From the NCBI GenBank assembly GCA_051660585.1, contig JBOFPV010000059.1:16551-80550 (forward strand): DNA of 64,000 nucleotides, given 5' to 3'. The translations under genes and the position numbers were made by a program. This DNA is from Tannerellaceae bacterium (GTDB taxonomy: Bacteria; Bacteroidota; Bacteroidia; Bacteroidales; CAMTPD01). The notes beneath the pieces were generated by a model that worked only from the letters and a program-made list of their open reading frames with translations, searched no databases and was not told the origin of the DNA. Of the stretch, positions 41,166 to 50,874 are shown one piece after another (the first letter of the stretch is position 1; every line of letters starts with the position of its first letter).

Positions 41166-41215
41166 AAAGCCTCTCTGTCGTAATGATTATCATTACGACA
41201 GAGAGGCTTTTTTTA
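41166..41215. terminator. Strong hairpin between convergent genes
   Basis: 21-bp perfect stem aaagcctctctgtcgtaatga / tcattacgacagagaggcttt, 3-nt loop, then TTTT. Confidence 0.8.
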
Positions 41216-41245
41216 TGCTTCTAAAGCTCAAAGAATCAACTTGGC

Positions 41246-43003
41246 TCAATGTTGTTTCGTGAATTGATATAAAACAACTGTTTGTTTAATCTCATTAAAA
41301 GGATGTGGAGATGAGTCGATTGCAGAAAATTGATATTCAGGGAAATCTTTTCTTATCTTTTCAAAATCATTCTTTCCAATAATAAAATATCCTTTTTCAG
41401 GACTTTCTATTGCAATGTTTTTTAATTCGTTTCCACTATAAAAGTTTAGCGCATAAATGTTTTGATAACGTAATAGATTATTTGCAGTATAAAGGTTGTC
41501 TTTAAGAGGATATTCTGTCTGGATGCGTTCAGTAAAACCTTTTAAAGACGTTGCATTTTTAATTGGGCGCATTACGTCTCCATCAATAAATAAATTAATG
41601 GCAAAAGTTAAAGCAATAGTTGCATACAATATCTTAAGATTATTCTTCTTTGATAACTCATAAATCAGAGTGATGAAAGAGCCTGATAGAAGGATAAAGA
41701 TTGTCCAACTGATTGCATCTGGTTTTTGAAGAGCTTCATTAACAGCAAAAACTTCAAAAAGCGTTTTCGAATCTCTTGTAAACGATTCTATAAAATGAGA
41801 GATGTTGAATATGCCAAAATACGAGGTTATAATTGCAATAAGCGTAATACCCGATATAATAGACATAAATGAAGCAAAAGCACGAGTTACAAAAGTTCTG
41901 TACTCCGTAATATAAATAAAGTATTGAGAAATGTATAAAGCAAGGAATGGGTACATTGGCAGTAAATACACACTGCGCTTGCTACTTGGGATGGTGTAGA
42001 AAATGAAAATTATTAATATTGCGATGGTGCTAAATAGCTTGATCTTATCTGTATGTTTAATATGTTCACGCATGTTTTTAAACCATTCAGGAATAGTATT
42101 TGTCAAACGTGCATAGTGGATCCCAAACAAAGAAAAGAATAGCATAATAGTCCATGGAATAAAACCTCCTAATAATGAAAGGAAGTTGTAATAATATGGC
42201 TTTTCATGTCCCAGGGTGTAACTGATTGAGTCTGGATTTGAGCTTAAAAACCGGCCAAAATTCTCAGCTAAGAATATATTTAGGAAGTCTGTTCCTCCTT
42301 TTTCCCAAGCACTGTAGTACCATATAAAAGGAATAAATAACGATGAGAATCCTGCATAAAATAGAGCCTTCAATATTTTTCGAATAGGATATCCAAGCAC
42401 TAGTAAATAAACACCAAATACCAGTAAAGGTAACAAAACTCCTACAGGTCCTTTTGTTAAAACGGCACAGCTAAGCAGTAATGGTATTGATATAGGTAAT
42501 CCTTTTAGTTCTTGCTTTTCTTCCCATCGAAATAACTGTATCATACCAATAAACATGAAGCATGCTAATAGCATGTCGACCCGAGCAGTCATACCTGCAC
42601 GATGGGTTTCGAATGCTGTTATAAGAAGCAGTGCTGCGATGAAAGCTTGTTGAAATTTAACCCGTTTGCCAAAAAAGATTAGCGCAAAGGCAACCATAGC
42701 AATTAAAGCCAATGCAGAAGGGAGTCTTGACGAGAATTCGCTCACATAACCTTGTGGATATGAAAAGGCAGAAATAAGCCAATGCATCATTGGTGGTTTA
42801 TATGCTACTTCATTTGCATATACTTCAGGTAATATCCAATTGCCAGATTCAATCATTGATACGGCAACAGATGCTTCACGAGGTTCGCCTTTTGTATAAA
42901 ACTCACCCAATCCAAGCCAAGGCAGGACTGAAAGGATACAAAGAACAACAACCATCGTTACGGGTTTTTGTAGATAGAGATACTTAAGTGTAGATGTTCG
43001 CAT
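41246..43003 (-). CDS. GT39/GT83-type (ArnT/PMT-like) polytopic membrane glycosyltransferase
   Basis: 585 aa, more than 10 TM segments. The N-terminal loop (GEPREASVAVSMIESGNW ... YKPPMMHW) is typical of ArnT-like enzymes. Confidence 0.75.
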   Translation of the reverse strand: MRTSTLKYLYLQKPVTMVVVLCILSVLPWLGLGEFYTKGEPREASVAVSMIESGNWILPEVYANEVAYKPPMMHWLISAFSYPQGYVSEFSSRLPSALALIAMVAFALIFFGKRVKFQQAFIAALLLITAFETHRAGMTARVDMLLACFMFIGMIQLFRWEEKQELKGLPISIPLLLSCAVLTKGPVGVLLPLLVFGVYLLVLGYPIRKILKALFYAGFSSLFIPFIWYYSAWEKGGTDFLNIFLAENFGRFLSSNPDSISYTLGHEKPYYYNFLSLLGGFIPWTIMLFFSLFGIHYARLTNTIPEWFKNMREHIKHTDKIKLFSTIAILIIFIFYTIPSSKRSVYLLPMYPFLALYISQYFIYITEYRTFVTRAFASFMSIISGITLIAIITSYFGIFNISHFIESFTRDSKTLFEVFAVNEALQKPDAISWTIFILLSGSFITLIYELSKKNNLKILYATIALTFAINLFIDGDVMRPIKNATSLKGFTERIQTEYPLKDNLYTANNLLRYQNIYALNFYSGNELKNIAIESPEKGYFIIGKNDFEKIRKDFPEYQFSAIDSSPHPFNEIKQTVVLYQFTKQH

Positions 43004-43233
43004 ATTTATTTTCTAATATGTGTTTTGCTTCGAGTACAAAAAAAATGCTTTTTATTGAATTGATAAAGTTTTATGATGCTTAATCATCATATTAACAAAT
43101 GGAAGGTAATAAAGATGAGGAAAACAAAGTAAAATATGTGAATAAGAAAACTTAGGTGTGAATATAATAAAATTTAGAAGTGGGGTGTACAATAATTGAA
43201 TTCGGAATCAACTATGACGGAAGATATTTTTTC

Positions 43234-43241
43234 TACCTTTG
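43234..43241 (+). promoter_or_regulatory. -7 box TACCTTTG for ribE
   Basis: Matches TAnnTTTG, 28 nt upstream of the ATG at 43269. Confidence 0.45.
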
Positions 43242-43268
43242 ATACGTTAAACTGAAAATAATAAAGTT

Positions 43269-43871
43269 ATGTTCTCGGGAATAGTTGAAGAAGCTGCTCA
43301 GGTAGTAGCACTCAAATCAGACAAAGGAAACTTGCATATCACAATGAAATGCTCGTTTGTGAACGAATTGAAGATTGATCAAAGTGTTGCACATAACGGT
43401 GTATGTCTTACTGTTGTGAGCATGACAGAAGATACATATACAGTTACGGCCATTAAAGAGACATTGGAAAAGTCAAATCTAGGTCTTTTAAAAGTTGGAG
43501 ATAAAGTAAACTTGGAGCGCAGTATGATTATGAATGGACGTCTCGACGGACATATCGTACAAGGTCACGTAGATCAAACTGCTCGTTGTCTATCAGTTGA
43601 AGAAGCTGATGGAAGTTGGTATTTTACTTACGAGTACGACTTTAATAAAGAAATGGCTCGTCAAGGATATATGACAGTAGAGAAAGGATCTGTATGTGTA
43701 AACGGTGTAAGTCTTACAGTTGTAAACTCTAAAGATAATAGCTTTCAGGTTGCTATTATTCCTTATACTTATGAGCATACTAATTTTCATCAAATCAAAC
43801 CAGGTAGCGTAGTGAACCTTGAGTTTGATATTGTAGGCAAATACATCAGCAAGATGATGTTGTACAAATAA
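43269..43871 (+). CDS. ribE: Riboflavin synthase alpha chain
   Basis: 200 aa. MFSGIVEE N-terminus and duplicated lumazine-binding repeats (SVAHNGVCLTV; SVCVNGVSLTV). Confidence 0.93.
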   Translation: MFSGIVEEAAQVVALKSDKGNLHITMKCSFVNELKIDQSVAHNGVCLTVVSMTEDTYTVTAIKETLEKSNLGLLKVGDKVNLERSMIMNGRLDGHIVQGHVDQTARCLSVEEADGSWYFTYEYDFNKEMARQGYMTVEKGSVCVNGVSLTVVNSKDNSFQVAIIPYTYEHTNFHQIKPGSVVNLEFDIVGKYISKMMLYK

Positions 43872-43901
43872 ACAGATTCTTTATCCTTAATCAGAATATA
43901 C

Positions 43902-44450
43902 ATGAAAGATTTTGTTCGGTTGGTAGCTGATAGACAAAGCGACAGAGCATTTGATCCGGAAAAAACGGTCGAGGCAGATAAGATTGGTCGTATTCTAGAG
44001 GCTGCACGTTTAGCTCCTTCTGCATGTAACTCGCAGCCATGGCATTTTATAATAGTTGATGAGCCTGAATTAAAGAATAAAGTTGCAGATGCAACGTCTT
44101 CTCGAATTCTAGGAATCAATCACTTTACAAAGCAGGCTCCGGTGCATATTGTTGTAGTTGAAGAAAAAGTAAACTTTAGCGCAGCATTTGGAGGTTGGGC
44201 AAAGAACAAGCACTTTCCGCATATTGATATAGGTATTGCTACTGCGCACATGTGTTTGGCAGCAGAAAACGAAGGATTGGGGACTTGTATTCTTGGTTGG
44301 TTCGATGAGGAAAAGATCAAGAGGTTGCTCAATATACCGAAGGACAAGCGTGTACTGCTTGACATTGTAGTTGGTTATTCTACTCAAGCTAAACGCGAGA
44401 AGAAACGTAAAGACTTCGATACAATTGTTTCGCGAAATACGTATAAGTAA
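43902..44450 (+). CDS. Nitroreductase-family protein
   Basis: 182 aa. RQSDRAF, APSACNSQPWHF. Confidence 0.85.
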   Translation: MKDFVRLVADRQSDRAFDPEKTVEADKIGRILEAARLAPSACNSQPWHFIIVDEPELKNKVADATSSRILGINHFTKQAPVHIVVVEEKVNFSAAFGGWAKNKHFPHIDIGIATAHMCLAAENEGLGTCILGWFDEEKIKRLLNIPKDKRVLLDIVVGYSTQAKREKKRKDFDTIVSRNTYK

Positions 44451-44574
44451 TAATCTGTTAAGGGTAAAACAAAATAAAGCCATAAGCGTGCGTCAGTTAT
44501 TCTGATAGTAGGTTTATGGCTTTCTTATTGAATCGAATAAGCTAGAAAATGAATATCTGTTTATTCTAAAGATT

Positions 44575-45927
44575 TTAAAGTTTAGTTTTCGGTTGCAGTG
44601 CAACAATACGTTTCCATTTTCCGAAACGAAAGTAGATAAATGTAGCAAGCATGCCAATGGTCCAACTTAATCCAATGCTCCACCATACACCCTCACGTCC
44701 CAAATCATTGCTAAGAAAATAAGCAAGAGGAATACGAATAAGCCATAAGGATATAATTCCGGTAATCATGGCAAACAATGTATTTCCGGCTCCACGCAAT
44801 ACTCCATTATAGATGTTGAGCATTCCATGAAAAACAAAGAACATACCTACAATGCGAAGATATTCTGCGCCAATTTCAATAACGTTTTTGTCAGAAGTGA
44901 AGGCAGTCATTAGTTCGGTTCCCAAAAAATAAACCATCAAATAAGTCAGAGTGCTCAATAAGAGGTTAACTAACATTGAGAAGTTTAAGCCTTGCTGTAC
45001 CCTGCGGTGTTTATTTGCTCCTATATTCTGTCCTGTATAAGCAGCTAATGCACTCGATAGTGTCAGGATTGCTTGATTGATGATTGCCTCTATTTTACCT
45101 GCTGCACCATATGCGGTAAGTGTATCAGCTCCAAATTGATTCACAACTCCTAAAAGAGCGACCAGTCCTAAAGCAATTGCACATTGTTGTATGCCGGTAG
45201 GTATTCCGATTTGTAAACCTTGACAAAACAACTTTTTATCAAATACCATCTTTGTTGGATTAAAGGAGATTAGAGCATGATAACGGTGGATGTAGCACAT
45301 AGCCATGACAACAGCGATACCTTGGGCTATAACAGTAGCCAATGCAGCGCCTTCTATTCCCCATCTAAACACAATGATAAAGAGTAAATCAAGTAGAGCA
45401 TTTAGGATAATTGAGAAGAAAATGAAGAGCATTGGCGTTTTCGAATTCCCCATACCTCGTAATACTGAAATTATTCCATTAAAAGAGGTGAATAGAACAG
45501 TTCCCATGATATATATCTTGAAGTACCGAATAGCATCGGGTATTACTTCGGGCGGAGTATGTGTCAGTGCAAATATTTCTTTGGCAAATACCAAGCCGAT
45601 GACTCCTAATAAGATTCCTACAAAGAAGAGAAATATAAAGAATGAAGACGTTGCTTTTTGGATTGCATCAAAGTTTTTGGCGCCAAAGTTTTGTGAAACA
45701 AGTACGGTGATACCGCTTCCCACTCCTATTACTAATGAAATAATAAAATAGTATATAAAGAAAGATGCCGAAACAGCGGCCAAGGCCTCTTTTCCGACAA
45801 ACTGTCCTACAATAATACTATCAATAATATTGAAGAATTGCTGCAAAATATTTCCTACCAGTAGTGGAAAAGCAAAGGTGAGAATTACCTTCCATACCGG
45901 GCCTTGGGTTAAGTCTCCTTTCGTCAT
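44575..45927 (-). CDS. MATE-family efflux transporter
   Basis: 450 aa, 12 TM segments. N-terminal GPVWKVILTFAFPLLVGNILQQ, typical of MATE proteins. Confidence 0.88.
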   Translation of the reverse strand: MTKGDLTQGPVWKVILTFAFPLLVGNILQQFFNIIDSIIVGQFVGKEALAAVSASFFIYYFIISLVIGVGSGITVLVSQNFGAKNFDAIQKATSSFFIFLFFVGILLGVIGLVFAKEIFALTHTPPEVIPDAIRYFKIYIMGTVLFTSFNGIISVLRGMGNSKTPMLFIFFSIILNALLDLLFIIVFRWGIEGAALATVIAQGIAVVMAMCYIHRYHALISFNPTKMVFDKKLFCQGLQIGIPTGIQQCAIALGLVALLGVVNQFGADTLTAYGAAGKIEAIINQAILTLSSALAAYTGQNIGANKHRRVQQGLNFSMLVNLLLSTLTYLMVYFLGTELMTAFTSDKNVIEIGAEYLRIVGMFFVFHGMLNIYNGVLRGAGNTLFAMITGIISLWLIRIPLAYFLSNDLGREGVWWSIGLSWTIGMLATFIYFRFGKWKRIVALQPKTKL

Positions 45928-45940
45928 GCGATATCGCTGA

Positions 45941-47299
45941 TTATAAATCTTTCAGCAAGATTGAATTGCTGTTGTCTACATATTGTTTTCTGACATCGAG
46001 TAGAGTTTGCCATTGCTTGTTGAACTTTACTTGTGTGTCTATCTTGAAGTTTTCGGAGCCAAACTCATCTATTTTGGTAAAAAGATATCCAACACTAAGT
46101 TTATTGATATCAACTGCTGGCTGATAATAGGTGATTCGTTCATCATTGCCCATTATGACTTCATTCAAGATACCAACCTCTGTAAGATAATACAAGATTT
46201 GAGTTGTAATTTTGATTGGTATTTGATATTCTTGCGATAACTCATCAGCTGTATATGGTTGCTCTTCGTTGGCAAAACGTTTAGCGATTAGTGAAGCGAT
46301 TAACACCGTAAGGAAGTCTTTGTATCTTCTACTGATATGTCTACTGTCGCGTTCGAAGTTGAACTTCTTTACGTTTTGGGCCGCAAATGACAATTCTGCA
46401 CCAAATAAGCAGATCAGCCAAGATAGCTGAAGCCAAAGAAGTAGTAAAGGTAAAGCGGCAAAGCTACCGTAGATTGCATTATAGCGTGATACCCAGATCT
46501 GTCCACTGATATATAGGAACTGAAACACTTGAAAAGAGATACCGGCAACAGTTCCTGCAATAAGTGCATTTGTAAACTTTACCTTCGTATTGGGGAGTAA
46601 TACGTAAATACACGTTAGCGTTAGTATCGTAATAACGAATGGAATAATACTCAAGATGACCTCAAAAAGAGGAGAGAGTATTTGGTGATTTCCAATAAAC
46701 GAATTTTTAAATGTCGAAAGGAAAATAGATATACCACTCGAGCAAGTTAATAGAATGGGGAGGATCAAAACCAAAGCAAGATAGTCGGTTACACGTCTAA
46801 ACCAAACGCGAGACTTCTTGATTTGCCAAATTTCATTGAACGTATTCTCTACAGATGAAAGAAGATTTACAACGGTGTAAAACAAAAAGATAAGACCAAT
46901 CCCGATAAATACTCCTCCTTGTGTTTGATCCAAGTAGTTATTTACAAATTCAAAAGCTTGTTCGAGTGTTGTTTGTTGTCCCGGGAAATAAGCATACAAT
47001 TCGTTGCGCACCGATACTTGGAAACCAAAACCGCGAGCGATACCAACTAGTACTGCTAAAAAGGGAACAATAGCCAGAAGTGTGCTGTATGTAAGAGCAG
47101 AGGCCTTTACTTGCAGATTATCGTCGAGGAATCCCCTAACTGCAAGATAAATGGTTTTTAGGGAATTGATGAAGATAACTTTCAGTCCGCTTATTTCAGC
47201 ATCAGTAATTCTCCAGATGTCGTATGTGACAAAGTGCCACGCCATTCTGATGAAATCGCGAAACTTCTCACTGAAAGTCTTGTTTTCAGAATTCTGCAT
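45941..47299 (-). CDS. yihY: YihY/BrkB-family inner-membrane protein with a C-terminal soluble extension
   Basis: Family region ASALTYSTLLAIVPFLAVL. Start moved to the ATG at 47299 (MQNSENK...) because the tracked start at 47380 would run about 60 nt into the RNase P RNA gene. Confidence 0.8.
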   Translation of the reverse strand: MQNSENKTFSEKFRDFIRMAWHFVTYDIWRITDAEISGLKVIFINSLKTIYLAVRGFLDDNLQVKASALTYSTLLAIVPFLAVLVGIARGFGFQVSVRNELYAYFPGQQTTLEQAFEFVNNYLDQTQGGVFIGIGLIFLFYTVVNLLSSVENTFNEIWQIKKSRVWFRRVTDYLALVLILPILLTCSSGISIFLSTFKNSFIGNHQILSPLFEVILSIIPFVITILTLTCIYVLLPNTKVKFTNALIAGTVAGISFQVFQFLYISGQIWVSRYNAIYGSFAALPLLLLWLQLSWLICLFGAELSFAAQNVKKFNFERDSRHISRRYKDFLTVLIASLIAKRFANEEQPYTADELSQEYQIPIKITTQILYYLTEVGILNEVIMGNDERITYYQPAVDINKLSVGYLFTKIDEFGSENFKIDTQVKFNKQWQTLLDVRKQYVDNSNSILLKDL

Positions 47300-47317
47300 A
47301 GTCTTAGATATAAAAAA

Positions 47318-47690
47318 TAACGCAGCCGACCTATAAGCCGGGTTCTGTATCCATACCTTGTGGGTATTGATGTCTGCCATTTATCTCGACCTGATGTCAC
47401 CATCAGGCTCTAGCGGTCTACCCCCCGGCATCGGACGAGCAATCCTTAAATACCGGTATACATGACCTTGCAACCCATAAGACGCACGGCATCGTATATT
47501 ACTATACAACCCGGTGAGCTCTTACCTCACCTTTTCACCCTTACCCAATACTATAACAATATTGGGCGGTTATTTTCTGTTCCGTTACTCTGTTTTTGCA
47601 AACAGCTTCCCGTTAGGAAGTATGGTGCTCTGTGTTGCCCGGACTTTCCTCCCATACAAGATGAGCGACAGACCGGTCTGCTGCATTACA
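47318..47690 (-). ncRNA. rnpB: RNase P RNA, bacterial type A
   Basis: The minus strand carries GGGAGGAAAGTCCGGGC (CR-I), ACAGAAAATAACCGCC, GGTAAGGGTGAAAAGGTGAGGTAAGAGCTCACC and ACAGAACCCGGCTTATAGG (CR-V). P1 pairing is TGCAGCAGACC / GGTCGGCTGCG. Ends are approximate to about 5 nt. Confidence 0.95.
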
Positions 47691-47693
47691 ACA

Positions 47694-47701
47694 CAAAGAT
47701 A
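47694..47701 (-). promoter_or_regulatory. -7 box TATCTTTG (minus strand) for rnpB
   Basis: Plus-strand caaagata, immediately upstream of the P1 5' strand. Confidence 0.55.
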
Positions 47702-47978
47702 GTGTTTTCATGTCGAAAAAGCCGAGGTTTATTGCTATTTATTTCTAGTTGCGCTGAAATATTGACATGACAATCTTCTTAAATGTCTCTATGTCAGTAT
47801 CTGCTTTGTTAAAATCAGCAATTGTTAAAAGCTATTCCGTTAACACGGCTTAAGTGAGAAGATCTTATCGTTAAATGAGTTAAAAAACTACGGGTGGGGA
47901 GGTTGTATGTATGGTTTTTGCATCTATCTTTCCAAAGTTAAAACTGTTAATTTTAAAGGATTACAAAAATAGAAGCGT

Positions 47979-49481
47979 ATGAACAAAATTTTTAAGAATT
48001 TCCTAAGTGTAGGCCTTATCTCTGCTATTAGTGGCGGGGTGGCAGTGGCTTCTTATATTTACATGAACAATGAGAAGCCATCGGTAATAACATCTACAAC
48101 ATTTCAGCAGCCTGTAAGATTAGCATCTTATTCGAGTGCTCCTGCTGAGAATACAGACTTTACTGCTGCGGCAGAGAATAGCGTGCATGCAGTAGTGCAT
48201 ATCAAAGCGGTACAAAAACCGAAAGCTGTAAACAGACAGCAACAACAAATGCCGCAAAACAATCCGTTCTTCTTTTTCTTTGGAGACGGAGGGTTTGAAC
48301 GTCCGCAACAACAACCACGAGTGGGTTCGGGTTCGGGAGTAGTTATCTCGACAGACGGATATATCCTTACCAATAATCACGTGATTGATGGAGCCGATGA
48401 ACTTCAAGTAACCCTAAACGACAACCGTAACTTTACAGCAACAGTGGTGGGCGCTGATCCTGCAACTGACATTGCATTGCTGAAGATTGAAGCAGCAGAT
48501 CTTCCCGTGATTCCTTTTGGAGACTCTGATAAGGTTAAAGTAGGAGAGTGGGTTCTTGCTGTAGGAAATCCATTTAACTTGACATCTACCGTAACTGCTG
48601 GTATTGTAAGTGCCAAAGGTCGCGGACTTCAGATGGGATCTCGTAATGGAAATGATCTTAAAATCGAATCGTTTATACAAACCGACGCTGCGGTAAATCC
48701 CGGTAACAGTGGAGGTGCGTTGGTAAACACAAAAGGAGAATTGATCGGTATCAATACTGCGATTTATTCAGAAACAGGAAACTTTGCCGGTTACTCATTT
48801 GCAGTGCCAATTAGTATTGCAAGCAAAGTAGCGAGCGACTTGAAGCAATTCGGTGTAGTGCAACGTGCTATGTTGGGTGTGATGATGACAGACGTTACTC
48901 CGGAGTTGGCAAAACAAAAAGATATCAAAGCACTGGAAGGTGCATATGTTGCAGAGTTTGCTGACAGAAGTTCTGCAAAAGAAGCCGGAATGGAAGTAGG
49001 CGACGTAATTATTGCAGTAGATGGTAACAAGGTGAAATCAGGTTCTCAACTACAAGAGCAAATCAGTCGTTTCCGTCCTGGTGATAAAGTAAACATTGAT
49101 GTGCAACGTGGCGACAAGGTGAAAACGTTGACTGTAGAATTGAAAAACAGTAAAGGTAACACCGAAGTAGTACAAGTACAAGATGGCAAGATTAAGTTAG
49201 GCGCCGAATTGAAAGCATTATCGCAAGATCAAATGCGTAAATATGGTATAAACTATGGTGTAGAGGTCGTAGGCGTTAAAGATGGCAAATTCAAACGTGC
49301 CGGTATCAACAAAGGCTTCATCATTATGGTTATTAACGGAAATAGAATTACTTCTCCATCAGATGTAGAAGCAATTCTAGAAAGTGTAAGAACCGGAAAC
49401 TCGGATGAACAAGGCCTGTTTATCAAAGGATTCTATCCTAACGGACGAACAGAATACTATGCAATTAACTTAGCAGACTGA
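47979..49481 (+). CDS. htrA: HtrA/DegQ-family periplasmic serine protease with two PDZ domains
   Basis: 500 aa. Catalytic-region motifs TNNHV, DIALLKI, GNSGGALVN, then two PDZ-like segments. Confidence 0.92.
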   Translation: MNKIFKNFLSVGLISAISGGVAVASYIYMNNEKPSVITSTTFQQPVRLASYSSAPAENTDFTAAAENSVHAVVHIKAVQKPKAVNRQQQQMPQNNPFFFFFGDGGFERPQQQPRVGSGSGVVISTDGYILTNNHVIDGADELQVTLNDNRNFTATVVGADPATDIALLKIEAADLPVIPFGDSDKVKVGEWVLAVGNPFNLTSTVTAGIVSAKGRGLQMGSRNGNDLKIESFIQTDAAVNPGNSGGALVNTKGELIGINTAIYSETGNFAGYSFAVPISIASKVASDLKQFGVVQRAMLGVMMTDVTPELAKQKDIKALEGAYVAEFADRSSAKEAGMEVGDVIIAVDGNKVKSGSQLQEQISRFRPGDKVNIDVQRGDKVKTLTVELKNSKGNTEVVQVQDGKIKLGAELKALSQDQMRKYGINYGVEVVGVKDGKFKRAGINKGFIIMVINGNRITSPSDVEAILESVRTGNSDEQGLFIKGFYPNGRTEYYAINLAD

Positions 49482-49527
49482 TTTTATTTTGATATAGTCT
49501 GCAACAAATTGTAGGTTAAATATGTTT

Positions 49528-49567
49528 AATCGGTCGTTTCTTGTTAAAACAAAACGACCGATTTTTA
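49528..49567 (+). terminator. Terminator after htrA
   Basis: 12-bp stem aatcggtcgttt / aaacgaccgatt followed by TTT. Confidence 0.7.
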
Positions 49568-49578
49568 CGTTTTAGTGT

Positions 49579-49586
49579 TAACTTTG
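49579..49586 (+). promoter_or_regulatory. -7 box TAACTTTG for rpoD
   Basis: Matches TAnnTTTG, 30 nt upstream of the ATG at 49616. Confidence 0.5.
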
Positions 49587-49615
49587 CACCTAAATTTCTC
49601 AATTACAATAGTTGG

Positions 49616-50476
49616 ATGAGACAATTAAAAATTACAAAGTCCATTACCAATCGCGAAAGCGCTTCATTAGATAAGTATCTTCAAGAGATTGGACGTGAAG
49701 ATCTTATCACCGTTGAAGAAGAGGTGGAATTGGCACAGGCTATTAAAAGAGGCGATCGTTTAGCATTAGAAAAGCTTACGAGAGCTAATCTTCGATTTGT
49801 TGTTTCGGTAGCGAAACAGTATCAGAACCAAGGTTTGAGTTTGCCCGACTTGATTAATGAAGGTAACCTAGGATTGATTAAGGCAGCAGAAAAGTTTGAT
49901 GAAACAAGAGGTTTTAAATTCATCTCTTACGCCGTATGGTGGATTCGTCAATCTATTTTGCAAGCTTTGGCAGAGCAGTCTCGTATTGTTCGTTTGCCAC
50001 TTAATCAGGTAGGTTCGTTAAACAAGATCAGCAAAGCGTTCTCTAAATTCGAACAGGAAAACGAACGTCGACCATCTCCTGAAGAGTTGGCAGATGAGTT
50101 GGATATTCCTGTAGATAAGATTTCGGATACGCTTAAAGTATCGGGACGTCACATCTCGGTAGATGCTCCTTTTGTTGAAGGTGAAGATAATAGCTTATTA
50201 GATGTATTGGTTAATGACGATGCACCTATTGCCGACAAATCTCTGATTTATGAGTCGCTTTCAAGAGAAATAGACAGGGCACTTGCCACATTGACCGAAA
50301 GAGAAAGTGAAATAATCAAATTATTTTTCGGTATTGGTTGTCAGGAAATGACATTAGAAGAGATCGGAGACAAGTTTGGTTTGACTCGTGAACGCGTACG
50401 TCAGATCAAAGAAAAAGCAATTAGAAGACTAAGACAAGGATCTCGAAGCAAATTATTGAAATCTTACCTCGGCTAA
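49616..50476 (+). CDS. rpoD: Primary RNA polymerase sigma factor (short Bacteroidota-type RpoD)
   Basis: Starts [15 protein letters not shown]. Region 2 is [17 protein letters not shown]...[17 protein letters not shown] and region 4 is [26 protein letters not shown]. The tracked start at 49541 lies inside the htrA terminator. Confidence 0.93.
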   Translation: MRQLKITKSITNRESASLDKYLQEIGREDLITVEEEVELAQAIKRGDRLALEKLTRANLRFVVSVAKQYQNQGLSLPDLINEGNLGLIKAAEKFDETRGFKFISYAVWWIRQSILQALAEQSRIVRLPLNQVGSLNKISKAFSKFEQENERRPSPEELADELDIPVDKISDTLKVSGRHISVDAPFVEGEDNSLLDVLVNDDAPIADKSLIYESLSREIDRALATLTERESEIIKLFFGIGCQEMTLEEIGDKFGLTRERVRQIKEKAIRRLRQGSRSKLLKSYLG

Positions 50477-50507
50477 GCAAAGGATACACAAATAATGAGA
50501 CCGAGCT

Positions 50508-50551
50508 AAATAAACCTGTAGTGCTACCATGTACTGCAGGTTTATTTTTTT
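50508..50551 (+). terminator. Terminator after rpoD
   Basis: Stem aaataaacctgtagt / actgcaggtttattt (one G-T pair) followed by a T-run. Confidence 0.75.
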
Positions 50552-50591
50552 GTATATACCCCAATCGTTTATCGAGAAGTCTATTTATAAT

Positions 50592-50776
50592 CATAGTGAA
50601 CAACGAATCGTCAGATGGCGGTCTGACGATTCATTCTTCACTATAACGGAATCGTCAGGTCGCCATCTGACGATTCGAAACTAATGAATACAGAATCGTT
50701 TGATGCCCATCGAACGATTTAAACATAGTGAAGATGGAATTGTTTGATGGCGGTGGAACGATTTCCTTTTCATTAG
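50592..50776. repeat. Hairpin-repeat array B: four palindromic units, inverted order relative to array A
   Basis: Hairpins at 50605-50632, 50649-50676, 50694-50719 and 50737-50764 have the same AATCGT...ACGATT stems. Spacers carry TTCACTA/TAGTGAA and CTAATGAA/TTCATTAG. Confidence 0.85.
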
Positions 50777-50801
50777 AAATGGAAAGGCATGACGCTATAA
50801 T

Positions 50802-50846
50802 CAAAAACAAAGCCCGCTGAGAACGATTATGCTCTCAGCGGGCTTT
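50802..50846 (-). terminator. Terminator of feoAB
   Basis: 14-bp stem aaagcccgctgaga / tctcagcgggcttt, with gttttt following on the minus strand. Confidence 0.8.
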
Positions 50847-50874
50847 GTGATTTTATTATGTCGAATAAACTACT

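Noticed and set aside
43004-43268. FMN riboswitch upstream of ribE.
   Set aside because: The 265-nt leader is AT-rich and lacks the conserved FMN-element core (no GGGCAGGGTGAAATTCCC / CCGGCGGT-like blocks). Only a -7 promoter box was found.
47462-47770. Plus-strand ORFs 47462..47770 and 47514..47702, and minus-strand ORF 47191..47403.
   Set aside because: All lie on top of the RNase P RNA gene, whose conserved CR-I and CR-V motifs are unambiguous on the minus strand. They are artefacts of a stop-poor structured RNA.
49541-49615. Longer rpoD start at 49541.
   Set aside because: That start lies inside the htrA terminator hairpin and upstream of the TAACTTTG -7 box. The ATG at 49616 gives the canonical short Bacteroidota RpoD N-terminus [15 protein letters not shown].
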